DNA from: Patescibacteria group bacterium
GTDB lineage: Bacteria; Patescibacteriota; Patescibacteriia; UBA9934; GWF2-40-263
Assembly: GCA_041661745.1 (NCBI GenBank)
Contig: JBAZTR010000002.1
Coordinates: forward strand, 68,368-132,367
Length of the DNA stretch: 64,000 bases
Reading direction: 5' to 3'
The notes beneath the pieces are model-generated. The model was given only the letters and a program-made list of their open reading frames with translations. It was not told the DNA's origin and did no database searches. Shown here one piece after another: positions 42,361-52,020 of the stretch (position 1 is its first letter; the number at the start of each line of letters is the position of its first letter). The position numbers and the translations under genes are program-made.

Positions 42361-43395
42361 CTAAGCGAGACGGAGATTAGGATCAGCCTCAAACTTAAGA
42401 GGATCGATAAATTCTTTTCGCTCGGCACGCCACGCTCCAGCCGCGGCAATCATGGCCGCGTTGTCGCCAGTAAATTCAAGTGATGGAAAAAATACCGGCA
42501 AGGGCGACAATTTATTTTTCATTTCTTCGCGAAGTAACAAATTAGCCGAAACACCGCCAGAAACGATAACTGATTTAGCATTGGTCTTTGCAACAGCTTT
42601 AATTGTTTTTTCAACCAAAACATCGACCACAGCTTGCTCAAAGGAGGCACAGACGTCTTCGATTCCCCCTCCCACATTGGGGGAGGGGTTAGGGGAGAGG
42701 GATTCGGGATGAGTCTTAAGATAAACCGCTACCGCTGTTTTTAATCCGGAAAAACTAAAATCAAAATCTTTGCTGTCTAACATTGGCCGGGGAAAATCTA
42801 TTGCCCCTCTTTTCCCTTCTAACGCATGTTTAGAAATTTGCGGCCCGCCCGGATATGGCAAATCAAGAAGTTTAGCTACTTTGTCGAAAGCTTCACCGGC
42901 TGCATCATCACGTGTGCGCCCCAAAAGTTCATACTCACAAAAATTTTTCATGAGTAAAAGTTCGGTGTGTCCGCCGGAAACCAATAAACAGACGGCGGGA
43001 AATTCCGGCGGGGTCTCGACCGCAGCAATAAAAGCGCTGGCAATGTGTCCCTCCATATGGTTCACGGCCACCAATGGTTTTTTCCAAGCAAAGGCTAAAG
43101 TTTTAGCTGCTTCAACCCCAATCCTGAGGGCTGGAACCAAGCCCGGGCCAGCCGTAACAGCAATCGCGTCGATATCGGCTCCGTCGTGTGACACACCAGC
43201 CGCTTCAAGCAAGGGAAAAACCACATTAACGTGACAGCGAGCCGCCACCTCGGGTACCACTCCGCCATACTCGGCATGTTTGGCCGCCTGTGAAGCAATC
43301 AAACTTTTCTCAACAACAAAACTCCGGAGGCCATCGCTCGAAACGATGGCGACCGAAGTTTCATCACAACTTGTTTCAAGTCCTAATAAACGCAC
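42361..43395 (-). CDS. tsaD: tRNA N6-adenosine threonylcarbamoyltransferase TsaD (Kae1/Gcp family) carrying in-frame palindromic element copy D
   Basis: MRLLGLETSCDETSVAIV...HMEGH metal-binding motif. Inserted peptide ...SLSPNPSPNVGGGIED... at residues about 232-247. Confidence 0.9.
   Translation of the reverse strand: MRLLGLETSCDETSVAIVSSDGLRSFVVEKSLIASQAAKHAEYGGVVPEVAARCHVNVVFPLLEAAGVSHDGADIDAIAVTAGPGLVPALRIGVEAAKTLAFAWKKPLVAVNHMEGHIASAFIAAVETPPEFPAVCLLVSGGHTELLLMKNFCEYELLGRTRDDAAGEAFDKVAKLLDLPYPGGPQISKHALEGKRGAIDFPRPMLDSKDFDFSFSGLKTAVAVYLKTHPESLSPNPSPNVGGGIEDVCASFEQAVVDVLVEKTIKAVAKTNAKSVIVSGGVSANLLLREEMKNKLSPLPVFFPSLEFTGDNAAMIAAAGAWRAERKEFIDPLKFEADPNLRLA
42662..42706. repeat. GC-rich palindromic element copy D (divergent), in-frame inside tsaD
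   Basis: attCCCCCTCCCacattGGGGGAGGGGttaggggagaggg. Sense to tsaD it reads TCCCTCTCCCCTAACCCCTCCCCCaatgtGGGAGGGGG. It encodes a P/S-rich then G-rich peptide, like copy B. Confidence 0.6.
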
Positions 43396-43400
43396 ATTAA

Positions 43401-44147
43401 CTATTTTTTGGAAAAACCTTCAAAAGCTTTTAGAACTTCCAACGGGACGGCAAAGACAACAGTGTTCGAGGCATCAGAAGAAATGTCGTTAATCGAATTC
43501 AAAGTACGAAGATGTAAGGCACCTGGAGAATCGGAAAGCATTCGAGCGGCTTTGGCCAAATTTTCAGCTGCGGCGACTTCGCCCTCGGCGCTAATAATGA
43601 CAGCGCGACGTTCACGCTCGGCTTCGGCTTGTTTGGCAATGGTACGAATCATTTCTTGTGGCAAATTAATATCTTTCAGTTCGGTCACAGTAACTTCCAC
43701 ACCCCAACCCATAGTGGCTTCGTCCACAAGTTTTTCGATCTTATCAGAAATGACGCCGCGCTGACTCAAAAGTTCGTCGAGAGTCACTTCACCGACAATG
43801 TTACGCATGGTTGTCTGCGCCAACTGAAGAACGGCGTAGTCGACATGTTCAACCTCAAGAATAGCTTTACCGGCATCAACAACTTTATAATAAATAACCG
43901 CGTTGATTTTAGCTGAAACGTTGTCTTTGGTAATCGCGTCCTGTGAAGGAACATCAATCGCTTTTAAACGCATATCGACTTTGCGGATGGATTGAAAAAC
44001 CGGAATGATTGGATACCAGCCCGGGTTAACGATGCCGGAAAACTTACCCATGGTAAATTTAACGCCGCGTTCGTATTGGTTGACCTGTTTTAAACAGGAG
44101 AGGAAAAAGATAACCACGAGGATTATCAGAGGAATGTAGGCTTCCAT
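43401..44147 (-). CDS. SPFH/band-7 (stomatin/prohibitin-like) membrane protein
   Basis: N-terminal TM helix, band-7 domain (YERGVKFTMGKF...), C-terminal coiled-coil AEAERER. Confidence 0.8.
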   Translation of the reverse strand: MEAYIPLIILVVIFFLSCLKQVNQYERGVKFTMGKFSGIVNPGWYPIIPVFQSIRKVDMRLKAIDVPSQDAITKDNVSAKINAVIYYKVVDAGKAILEVEHVDYAVLQLAQTTMRNIVGEVTLDELLSQRGVISDKIEKLVDEATMGWGVEVTVTELKDINLPQEMIRTIAKQAEAERERRAVIISAEGEVAAAENLAKAARMLSDSPGALHLRTLNSINDISSDASNTVVFAVPLEVLKAFEGFSKK

Positions 44148-44166
44148 AAATAATTTCTTTTAATTA

Positions 44167-44631
44167 TTAATCTTCGATTAAAACTTTTTTACTTCGATCT
44201 TTTTTAACTTTTCCGCGCCGTGTTTTTTCATCAAGTTGTCGCCGCCGCACGGCCCGCGGTTTTCTGGTCGGAATACGCGGCACAATTGGCCTTAAAGCAT
44301 CCTCAAGATCGGCCAGAAAATTATCCAATACCATTTCCCGATTTTGCCTTTGTGACCGGGTAACCTGACATGCCATAACCAGTTCGCCTTTTTTATTAAT
44401 CATGCCGGCTAAGGCGCTTTTTATTCTGGTCTTTTCTTCAGGTGAAAAAACTAACGAGGTTTCAACATTCCAACGAAGATGCACCTTGGTATCGCTAGTA
44501 TTAACCCCTTGGCCGCCAGGTCCCCCGGAACGAGCGAAATCGAATTGTAATTCGGCCCTAAGAGCTGTTTCGTCAAAAAATCTCGCCTCACCATCAATTA
44601 CGGCCGGATTATGCCCAAATTCCTTTGGCAT
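44167..44631 (-). CDS. arfB: Alternative ribosome-rescue factor ArfB-like (peptidyl-tRNA hydrolase; class I release-factor GGQ domain) with basic C-terminal tail
   Basis: SGGPGGQGVNTSDTKV GGQ motif. K/R-rich tail KPRAVRRRQLDEKTRRGKVKKDRSKK. Confidence 0.65.
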   Translation of the reverse strand: MPKEFGHNPAVIDGEARFFDETALRAELQFDFARSGGPGGQGVNTSDTKVHLRWNVETSLVFSPEEKTRIKSALAGMINKKGELVMACQVTRSQRQNREMVLDNFLADLEDALRPIVPRIPTRKPRAVRRRQLDEKTRRGKVKKDRSKKVLIED

Positions 44632-44716
44632 AAAAATATTAATTATTTCTTTAAAATAATAGCATAACGGCGTGGAACAGCAACCCTTGACCAAAGGGCA
44701 AAAAAAGCGTTAAATA

Positions 44717-45253
44717 ATGGCGGGGACACAGACCGGAGGAAGAACCATGGTACACCATGCCGTGGCTCTGCCTGTTAGCGAGGATGGCCGTGAGGTCCTC
44801 CTCGCGTGTCACACTGAGGGAACCAATTATGGGGCCCTCCTTCCTCCCAGTGGTAAGGTGAAGCCAACGGATCGAAACGCCCAAGCTGCTGCGGTCAGGG
44901 AAACCCGCGAAGAGCTGGGTATCGATCTCGACGATCCACGATGCGTAGGTGTCGTGGAGGTCCTCAAGGAAGACGGCGACTGGCTGAGACTGTTCGTCTT
45001 TGTCTCGCGCTACCGTGGGAAGCCCCGGAAAAGCAACGAGATGAGAGACGCGCGTCTCTTCCCGATCGACGACCTGCCTCTCGAGGACATGTGGCCCGAT
45101 GCTAGTAGCTGGGTGCCTCACGTGATCAACCATGGTCACGACGCCCCGCCACTCGGGTTCAGGCTTCGCCACGTGCGTGGACCAAATGGCCGTCCCGGGT
45201 TCCTTGTCAAAAGGTTCAACCCGGCCGCGTTGGTCAGGAGGTACTGCGCATGA
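44717..45253 (+). CDS. Nudix hydrolase; GC-rich island gene
   Basis: Nudix box GKVKPTDRNAQAAAVRETREELGI. Markedly GC-rich by eye. The overlapping antisense ORF 44651-45319 is judged spurious. Confidence 0.55.
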   Translation: MAGTQTGGRTMVHHAVALPVSEDGREVLLACHTEGTNYGALLPPSGKVKPTDRNAQAAAVRETREELGIDLDDPRCVGVVEVLKEDGDWLRLFVFVSRYRGKPRKSNEMRDARLFPIDDLPLEDMWPDASSWVPHVINHGHDAPPLGFRLRHVRGPNGRPGFLVKRFNPAALVRRYCA

Positions 45254-45413
45254 CCACCTCACCCAACAACCCCTCGGCCGCCAGGCCAAGGACTCACGTC
45301 GATCGTTCGAGCACCCCACTTGCTCATGGTCGGCGTTTTATTTCTCCACGAGAGTGTCTGGCTTATTCCTTGACTCCTTTTCAAAAATCATTTATCATAA
45401 CCGCGCAATTTAT

Positions 45414-45488
45414 GGCCCCATCGTCTAACGGTTAGGACGCGAGCTTTTCAAGCTTGTAATCCGGGTTCGATTCCCGGTGGGGTCACCA
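45414..45488 (+). tRNA. tRNA-Glu (anticodon TTC)
   Basis: GGCCCCAtcGTCtaacggttaGGACgCGAGCttttcaaGCTTGtaatCCGGGttcgattCCCGGTGGGGTCaCCA. Confidence 0.85.
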
Positions 45489-45492
45489 CAAA

Positions 45493-45526
45493 GGTCATCT
45501 GTAAAAACAGGTGATTTTTGTTTTTA
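45493..45526 (+). terminator. Intrinsic terminator after tRNA-Glu
   Basis: TCATCTGtaaaaaCAGGTGAtttttgttttt. Confidence 0.6.
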
Positions 45527-45571
45527 AAAAACCGCCCGCCAAGCGAACCTTGGGGACGGGACGAACGAAGA

Positions 45572-46444
45572 CTACTCCTCCAAGAAACGTCGGTGTTGTT
45601 CGACCATCGCGAGCAACTCGGGGCCGGTGAAGACTGGGCGTTGAATTGTCTGCCAGTCGTTGGTCGAACGTGCAGGGTCCCACGGGCAAATCGAACGCAT
45701 CCAGTCAAGGCGAGTCCGCACATCAGTCGCACCTTCGGGATTGATCCGAGTATAGTGGAGGATATGGCCGTTGTGAATGCGGTCCAGGTTGCGTCGCGAC
45801 CTATCCAAATCGCGGAAGCGCTGCGGCGTCATGCGCTCAATAAGCACACGAACGGCCCACATAACCTCACCATGACAGACGATGATGACCGAGCCGTTGG
45901 ACTGCTCGCGGTGAAGTGAGTCAAAGAAAGCATGCAGACGATCAAGGACATCGGCCAGTGATTCACCGCCACCCGGCCGCCACCACACACCATCACGTTC
46001 CCTACGAGCCAAATTTTCGGCCATCTCGCCAGTGGCCCGCTGTTCAGCCGTGGCCGAACTAAGCCGACCCCAGTCGCGCTCGGACAGCATGGGGTGCAAA
46101 AGCCACTCAGCCCCCGGCATTTCTAGCAACCCGGCCGTTTCGATGGCCCGAGCGTACCAGCTAGTCAGGTAACGAGTGAAGCCTGCGGGAAACTCACGCC
46201 GCAGCCACTCACCGGCGGCCGCAGCTTGATTGCAGCCGCGCGGACTAAGACGCCATTCCTGGGTGTGAACCGCGTCGAGCTTGGCCATGAGTGAGCTATC
46301 GCCTTTTTTTACCAGAGCCTGGGCAACATTCCCCTCGCTCTCTCCGTGACGAACGAGGACAAGATTAAGCGGCATAGTCATGGACACATCCCCTTTCATT
46401 GAGCCTTGGAAATCGACCTTAACACCTAATTTTTTAAGCGTCAA
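45572..46444 (-). CDS. Histidine phosphatase family protein (phosphoglycerate mutase-like); GC-rich island gene
   Basis: LVLVRHGESEGN RHG catalytic motif. Start may be the internal Met MPLNLVLV at about 46375. GC-rich like the adjacent Nudix gene. Confidence 0.55.
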   Translation of the reverse strand: MTLKKLGVKVDFQGSMKGDVSMTMPLNLVLVRHGESEGNVAQALVKKGDSSLMAKLDAVHTQEWRLSPRGCNQAAAAGEWLRREFPAGFTRYLTSWYARAIETAGLLEMPGAEWLLHPMLSERDWGRLSSATAEQRATGEMAENLARRERDGVWWRPGGGESLADVLDRLHAFFDSLHREQSNGSVIIVCHGEVMWAVRVLIERMTPQRFRDLDRSRRNLDRIHNGHILHYTRINPEGATDVRTRLDWMRSICPWDPARSTNDWQTIQRPVFTGPELLAMVEQHRRFLEE

Positions 46445-46496
46445 TTATAAAAAACCGCTTTAATTTTCAAAAAAAATAAGCTATAATTGTTCCGTT

Positions 46497-46907
46497 ATGG
46501 AAAAAGTTGTGCTCTATTTTATCTTTTACGGTTTTGTTGGTTGGCTCATGGACACGGGCTTTCGCACTATTCGTGATAAAAAATTCAGTCAAGGTAGTTT
46601 TCTAAAAATTCCCTTTTGTTCAACCTACGGTTTGGGGGCGTTATTACTTTTGCTTATCCAATCATGGATCATTGAACAAAATATTTTAGTCCAATTTGTT
46701 CTTTTGGCTGTTGTTTTATCGGCTTTTGAATTTATTATCGGTTTTTTGTCATCACACGTCTGGGGGAAACGTTACTGGGATTATTCTAAACAGCCATTTA
46801 ATCTTTTTGGCCACACCGATCTTGAACATGCCATTTATTGGGGCGGCCTGGGGGTACTCTTTATTCATGTTGTTCACCCCATGGTAACCGCCATTTTTAC
46901 TTTTTAA
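46497..46907 (+). CDS. Small polytopic membrane protein, hypothetical
   Basis: 4 predicted TM helices. Confidence 0.45.
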   Translation: MEKVVLYFIFYGFVGWLMDTGFRTIRDKKFSQGSFLKIPFCSTYGLGALLLLLIQSWIIEQNILVQFVLLAVVLSAFEFIIGFLSSHVWGKRYWDYSKQPFNLFGHTDLEHAIYWGGLGVLFIHVVHPMVTAIFTF

Positions 46908-46953
46908 TGGCTTCTCAGGGTTTCAAAAAAGATATACAATATAAACAACTTAT

Positions 46954-47649
46954 ATGTTTAATCTTCCTTTTCTTTTTATCGCGCTGATACTATTTTTTAT
47001 CTGGGCCCTTTTATTTTTCTTTGGCAAAAACACACGGCGTGAACAAATTATCATGAGTTTGGCCGGCCTGGTTCTGACTCCAGCCGTTCTAATGGTGGCC
47101 TCTAATGATTATCGCGTAACCGGAACCTTGTCCTACGGCCTTATCGGTGTTGAAGATTTAATTTTTGCTTTTTCTTTTACTGGTGTCGCGGCCGTGGTTT
47201 ATGAAATTCTAATTGGCCGACGTTTAGTGCCGGCTCGCCACAAACATTTGTGGGGCAAACATCCCATTAATTGGTTTGCTTCGCTAGTCATTATTCTTGG
47301 CAGCTGGGCCTTGGTATCAATGGCCGCCTTGTGGCTATTTCCGGTTAATTCAGTCTACGCTTTAATGGTCGGTGGTTTGTTGGTTTTAACCTACATCATT
47401 ACCGATCGTCACGATTTAATTTTTGACGCCTTATTCTCTGGGTTATTCATGGCCATCTTAGTCTTTGGTTTGGAACAGTTATTTTTTGTTCAACTTTTTC
47501 CAACCGAAGCGGCCGCTATTTGGCAAGTCGATCGCCTTTCCGGTTTTCTCCCCGGTGGCGTTCCGGTTGAAGAAATAATTTGGGTTTTAATCGTTGGTAT
47601 GGCCATTGGCCCGGTTTATGAATTTGTCCGACACTATCGCGTTAAATAA
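46954..47649 (+). CDS. Polytopic membrane protein, hypothetical
   Basis: 6-7 predicted TM helices. Confidence 0.45.
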   Translation: MFNLPFLFIALILFFIWALLFFFGKNTRREQIIMSLAGLVLTPAVLMVASNDYRVTGTLSYGLIGVEDLIFAFSFTGVAAVVYEILIGRRLVPARHKHLWGKHPINWFASLVIILGSWALVSMAALWLFPVNSVYALMVGGLLVLTYIITDRHDLIFDALFSGLFMAILVFGLEQLFFVQLFPTEAAAIWQVDRLSGFLPGGVPVEEIIWVLIVGMAIGPVYEFVRHYRVK

Positions 47650-47650
47650 T

Positions 47651-48028
47651 ATGTCTGAATTTCAGACCATGGCAAAAGAGGAAACCTGGCTCCCCGAACA
47701 CGAGGGCCAACTTTCAATTGATGTCTTGGAAGATGATCAAAATATTTATATTCGCTCAGCCGTGGCCGGTGTTAATGCTGATGATTTGGATGTCACTATT
47801 ACTCATGATACTGTAACCATCCGTGGCCAGCGTCACCACAACTGCGAACATTGGGTTGAAGCCACAACTCATTTAGAGGAATGTTTTTGGGGCAGTTTTT
47901 CCCGTTCGATTGTTTTGCCAAGTCATGTCCGACCAGAGGCCGCCGACGCGGTTATGAAAAACGGCATTCTAACCATTACAATTCCTAAAACCGAATCAGC
48001 TAAAAACCTCGATGTTGTAGAGTGGTAA
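47651..48028 (+). CDS. Hsp20/alpha-crystallin small heat-shock protein
   Basis: Alpha-crystallin domain ending ...GILTITIPK. Confidence 0.8.
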   Translation: MSEFQTMAKEETWLPEHEGQLSIDVLEDDQNIYIRSAVAGVNADDLDVTITHDTVTIRGQRHHNCEHWVEATTHLEECFWGSFSRSIVLPSHVRPEAADAVMKNGILTITIPKTESAKNLDVVEW

Positions 48029-48034
48029 AATCAT

Positions 48035-49975
48035 ATGCACCTGCCATTATTCCTAAACGACGAATCAGCGCCTTCCGAAGAAAATAAGAAGGCGTTTTCT
48101 AAACCGCTTAAAATCGGTTTGATTATCGGTGTGGCCGTTATCCTTATCGGCTATGCCGGAACTTTTGCCTGGGCCAAATCTTATGAAAACCGCCTGGCCC
48201 CACGCACAAGCATTGATTCAATAAAGCTTAGTGGTGACAATCCTGACCAAGCCAAACAAAAAATCAACACCCGGGTTGATGAAATACTTTTAAACGGTCT
48301 TCAATTATCCGTCGACGGACAATTGCGAACAGTCCCGCTCTCCCCAACAGCCGCCGAAACCGGCGAATATATTATTTTTGATGTAAACCAGGCAATTGAA
48401 GACGCTCTTTCCAAGCAACGTGGAAACATCTCAGTATTTCAACCTTTTGTTTTCTTATATACCATTATTCGCGGAAACGAAATTAAACTTCCGGTATCAA
48501 TAAACGAAGAGGGTTTGCGCGCGGCAATCCTTAATACTTTTCCCGACAGTATCCAGGAACCGCTCAACGCTGGTTTTTCTTTCAAACAAAATGGTGAGGA
48601 ATGGACCGTTGAAGTTACACCATCAGCCAAAGGTTTTACCATTCCGACAGCTGAATTGTTTTACAAACTCAGAGTTCTTCTTGCCGAACTCGATCCACAA
48701 CCGATTGTTTTGACTCGTGCTTACGAAGAACCGACGATTATTGAAACTGACGTGGCTAAACTTTCAGATGCGGCCATGGCCGCGGTTGTCGTCGCTCCCT
48801 ACACCATTACTTATGAAGATCAAACCTGGAAAGTTGATGCCGCAACCTTAACCCCAGCCCTTCAGCCACTACTTAATAAAGACAAGGAATTAATTCTTTC
48901 TGTTTCAGCCGACGGGCTCAAACCATTGTTTGACGAAATTGCCATCAAGGTAGAAAAACCGGCCGTTGACGCGCGGATAGCTATGGAAAACGAACGGATC
49001 ACCGATTTTCAAGGCAGCTCTAACGGTGTAGCCATTGATCGTGAGGCCACAGCCGCCGCCTTATCAGACATTATTCAAACCCTTCCAAAAATTACCGAGG
49101 TCACAGAAATAAATAAAAACGCCGAACTGGTGGTTGTAATAACTGAACCGACAGTAAAGATGGAAAGCATTAATAACTTTGGAATTAAAGAAGTTTTGGG
49201 CGTCGGCACTTCCAACTACAAAGGTAGCCCGACCAATCGTATCAAAAACATCCGCAATGGGGTGCGACTTCTTAATGGGATTCTGATTAAACCAGGCGAA
49301 GAATTTTCCCTACTTAAAGCCTTGAGTCCTTTTAATACCACCAATGGATATTTGGCCGAGTTGGTAATTAAAGGTGACAAAATCGAACCAGAAGTCGGCG
49401 GTGGCTTATGCCAAATTGGCACCACTACTTTCCGTGCTGCCATGAACTCAGGTTTGCCTGTTACCGAACGTCGTAACCATTCTTTGGTAGTCAGTTATTA
49501 CAATGATCCAACCAACAATAAACCAGGCACTGATGCCACCATTTACGAGCCGGCCCCTGATTTAAAGTTTATAAACGACACCGGTAACTACATTATCTTC
49601 CAAGCGGAAATGGACGAAGTTAATTACGATTTATATTTCAGTTTTTGGGGAACTTCTGATGGCCGAAAAGGCTCGTACACTCCCCCAACGCTAATTCGCT
49701 GGATCGGTGTTGGTGAAGATCAAAGAACAGAGACCTTAGATCTTGCCCCAGGGGTTGAACAATGCCAACACGCCTATGTTGGAGCTGACACCACCTTTAC
49801 TTACACTATAGAACGGGCCGATGGAACGAAAGAGGAAACGGTTTTCGATTCCCATTATCGTCCTTTACCAAAAATCTGTTTAGTCGGCGTTGAAGAACTA
49901 ACACCAACCCCCGAGGAAACAACTGATGAAACCACGATTCCGACCGAAGAACCGGTTGTGCCTCTCGCCGAATAA
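48035..49975 (+). CDS. VanW family protein with N-terminal TM anchor
   Basis: C-terminal VanW-domain motif EVGGGLCQIGTTTFRAAMNSGLPVTERRNHS. Confidence 0.65.
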   Translation: MHLPLFLNDESAPSEENKKAFSKPLKIGLIIGVAVILIGYAGTFAWAKSYENRLAPRTSIDSIKLSGDNPDQAKQKINTRVDEILLNGLQLSVDGQLRTVPLSPTAAETGEYIIFDVNQAIEDALSKQRGNISVFQPFVFLYTIIRGNEIKLPVSINEEGLRAAILNTFPDSIQEPLNAGFSFKQNGEEWTVEVTPSAKGFTIPTAELFYKLRVLLAELDPQPIVLTRAYEEPTIIETDVAKLSDAAMAAVVVAPYTITYEDQTWKVDAATLTPALQPLLNKDKELILSVSADGLKPLFDEIAIKVEKPAVDARIAMENERITDFQGSSNGVAIDREATAAALSDIIQTLPKITEVTEINKNAELVVVITEPTVKMESINNFGIKEVLGVGTSNYKGSPTNRIKNIRNGVRLLNGILIKPGEEFSLLKALSPFNTTNGYLAELVIKGDKIEPEVGGGLCQIGTTTFRAAMNSGLPVTERRNHSLVVSYYNDPTNNKPGTDATIYEPAPDLKFINDTGNYIIFQAEMDEVNYDLYFSFWGTSDGRKGSYTPPTLIRWIGVGEDQRTETLDLAPGVEQCQHAYVGADTTFTYTIERADGTKEETVFDSHYRPLPKICLVGVEELTPTPEETTDETTIPTEEPVVPLAE

Positions 49976-49994
49976 TTTTATCCACAAATTTGTA

Positions 49995-50022
49995 TTGTAA
50001 AAAACCACCAACAAGGTAATAT
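49995..50022 (+). promoter_or_regulatory. Candidate promoter (TTGTAA-16-TAATAT) of the non-coding locus
   Basis: atTTGTAAaaaaccaccaacaaggTAATATcaaatc. Confidence 0.4.
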
Positions 50023-50029
50023 CAAATCA

Positions 50030-50322
50030 ACCCATTGGTGGATGCCCGTGCATTCGTCTCCGGGTCTCAAACCAAAAGAAAAAAAAGAATCCTCCTTCGC
50101 TCTTCGAGCTTCGGGGGACAAGAAAACCGTTGCCGTGAAGAAACTGCAGGCAAGAAATTTCGAACGAGGATTGAACGAGTCGAAACCCGGTCATCCGAGA
50201 CCGAAATCCCATGCTTGTCGTGCCTGCAGGTTCCTTACGACAACGGCTTTTCTATTTGGAACGTGACCGGACATGATAACCTATTCCAAGGAGACTGTCA
50301 ATACTTAAAACTCAGAAAATAA
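50030..50322 (+). ncRNA. Candidate structured non-coding RNA of about 300 nt; class unresolved
   Basis: No convincing CDS: the only ORFs are R/K-rich and overlap each other. Promoter upstream and intrinsic terminator downstream. Complementary long-range segments GUCUC-CGGG (about 50050) and CCCGG...GAGAC (about 50197-50212), plus internal hairpin GTCGTgcctgcaggttccttACGAC. Confidence 0.3.
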
Positions 50323-50352
50323 AAAATAAGGCTAAAACCCCTTATTTTTTAT
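50323..50352. terminator. Bidirectional intrinsic terminator shared by the ncRNA candidate (+) and clpP (-)
   Basis: aaaAATAAGGctaaaaccCCTTATTtttt. Confidence 0.65.
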
Positions 50353-50358
50353 ATTTTT

Positions 50359-50943
50359 TTACTCTTTATTAAAAACCTTGTCGACCAGACCGTATTTTTT
50401 GGCTTCATCGGCACTCATAAAATTATCACGTTCGGTGTCTGCTTCGATTGTTTTAAGCAACTGCCCGGTATGAGTAGCCAAAATCTGATTTAAACGATCT
50501 TTGGTCTTTAAAATTCGCTCGGCATGAATCTTAATATCCGTAGCTTGACCCTGAAATCCACCCAAAACTTGGTGAATCATAACTTCAGAATTAGGTAAAA
50601 CAAAACGTTTACCCTTGGCTCCGGCCGCAAGCAAAACCGCGGCCATGGAAGCGGCCATACCAATGCAGGTCGTGGAAACGTCGGGCTTTACGTATTGCAT
50701 GGCATCGTAAATTGCTAAACCGGCGGAAACCGAACCGCCTGGAGAATTGATATACAACTTAATATCCTTGGTTTTATCCTGACTCTCAAGAAACAAAAGT
50801 TGCGCAATAATTGTGTTAGCCGAAACATCATCAATCTCGGAACCGAGAAAAATAATACGATCCTTAAGCAGGCGTGAATAAATGTCGTAAGCGCGTTCAC
50901 CGTTGCTGGTTTTTTCGATAACCGTAGGGATTAGGAAAGACAT
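50359..50943 (-). CDS. clpP: ATP-dependent Clp protease proteolytic subunit
   Basis: Ser-His-Asp triad context (GMAASMAA...MIHQ), canonical ClpP length. Confidence 0.9.
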   Translation of the reverse strand: MSFLIPTVIEKTSNGERAYDIYSRLLKDRIIFLGSEIDDVSANTIIAQLLFLESQDKTKDIKLYINSPGGSVSAGLAIYDAMQYVKPDVSTTCIGMAASMAAVLLAAGAKGKRFVLPNSEVMIHQVLGGFQGQATDIKIHAERILKTKDRLNQILATHTGQLLKTIEADTERDNFMSADEAKKYGLVDKVFNKE

Positions 50944-50965
50944 AAAAAAGTAATGTTTAATAATC

Positions 50966-51939
50966 TTATTTTAGCACTTCTTCGATCCTCCAGCAACCAT
51001 CGGGACCACAGACAAGATGAGAATTTTTAATAGTAAAACCGGCCGCTTTGGTGTGTCCACCACCGCCATGAGCCCGAGCGATTGCCGCCACATCCCCGCT
51101 TCTGGTGCGCATACTGGCTTTGACCCCGTTATCTTTAGTTTCGCGGAAAACGCAAATCGTGTCAGCCGCCAAGGCCCAATTCAAATAGTTTGATAAGCCG
51201 TCAATATCCTCTTCGCTTGCCCCGAAAGTCTCCAAATCTTGTCTGGTGATGGCTGTGGCCACGGCCTGAAATTCTTCGTGGTTAAACAGGCGTTCCAAGG
51301 CAATGCCCCACATTCGTAAAGCTGGAATTGAACGATTTTTTAAAAGCAGACGAATTGCCTCACTGCCCCGAGCGCCCAACATAAGCATTTCCGAAGCTCG
51401 CTCCAAAACCAAAGCGCTGGTGGCGTTATTAGAAAAGGCTGTGGTGTCAAAAATCAAACCGGAAAAAAGGCAAGTGGCCATTTCTTTATTTATAGAAATT
51501 TTATTCTCCTTGAAAAAACGAATAATGATTTCACAAGTGGCTGGTGCGGTCGCGTCGACAAAATGTAGGTGGCCAAATTTAGGGTTCGAAGAGTGGTGAT
51601 CAATATTTATGACAAACGGTTTGGGGCCGGACAATTTAGCTACCGTGTCCTCAATAAACTGAGCGTCAGAACAATCGAAAGAAACAACCAAGTCTGGAGA
51701 AAGTTTAGCCAGCTCGGCTGGATCAAAAAAACAAATATTCTGATGCGGTAGAATGCGATATTTTTCCGGTACGGCCTCGGAAATAAAAACCTTAACCGGC
51801 TTTCCTAACTGTAATAAATAATCAGCCATGGCCAAAGATGAACCAAGGGAGTCGCCATCCAACCTTTCGTCCGCGACAAGCAACGGTTGTTTGGCTTGGA
51901 TGAGCTTTTCGTGGATTTGTTCCAAGGTGGAATAGCTCA
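50966..51939 (-). CDS. nrnA: DHH-family phosphoesterase (NrnA-like oligoribonuclease / pAp phosphatase)
   Basis: DHH motif (INIDHHSSN) and DHHA1 GGGH motif. Start at internal [11 protein letters not shown]; the upstream part of the track ORF is antisense noise across the GC-rich island. Confidence 0.7.
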
Positions 51940-51984
51940 TAAGCAAGGAATGAGTATAAAGGAATTTCGGAAAACGGTCAAGAT

Positions 51985-52010
51985 TAAAAAAGCCCGCACG
52001 GATGTGCGAG
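51985..52010 (-). terminator. Intrinsic terminator after the caspase-like gene
   Basis: Minus-strand reading: hairpin CGCACatccGTGCG followed by GGCTTTTTT. Confidence 0.5.
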
Positions 52011-52020
52011 CGAGGCGGCT

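Noticed and set aside
42300-42362. Apparent 1-nt frame inconsistency between my hand translation of the printed sequence and the ORF-track protein for tsaE
   Set aside because: The inconsistency is exactly one printed line long, so it is most likely a reading or indexing slip on my side and not biology. Noted because it means my coordinates there are only good to about 1 nt. The tsaD stop TAG directly abutting the tsaE ATG is robust.
44651-45435. ORFs 44651-45319 (-), 45132-45428 (+) and 45250-45435 (+) around the Nudix gene and tRNA-Glu
   Set aside because: They overlap the well-supported Nudix CDS or the tRNA. Compositionally noise-like.
50030-50352. tmRNA (ssrA) or RNase P RNA assignment for the non-coding locus
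   Set aside because: No tRNA-like T-arm/acceptor/CCA end on either strand and no ...AA-stop tag reading frame. A CCGGG/CCCGG P4-like pairing exists but the CR-II/III motifs and expected length are not convincing. Left as unclassified.
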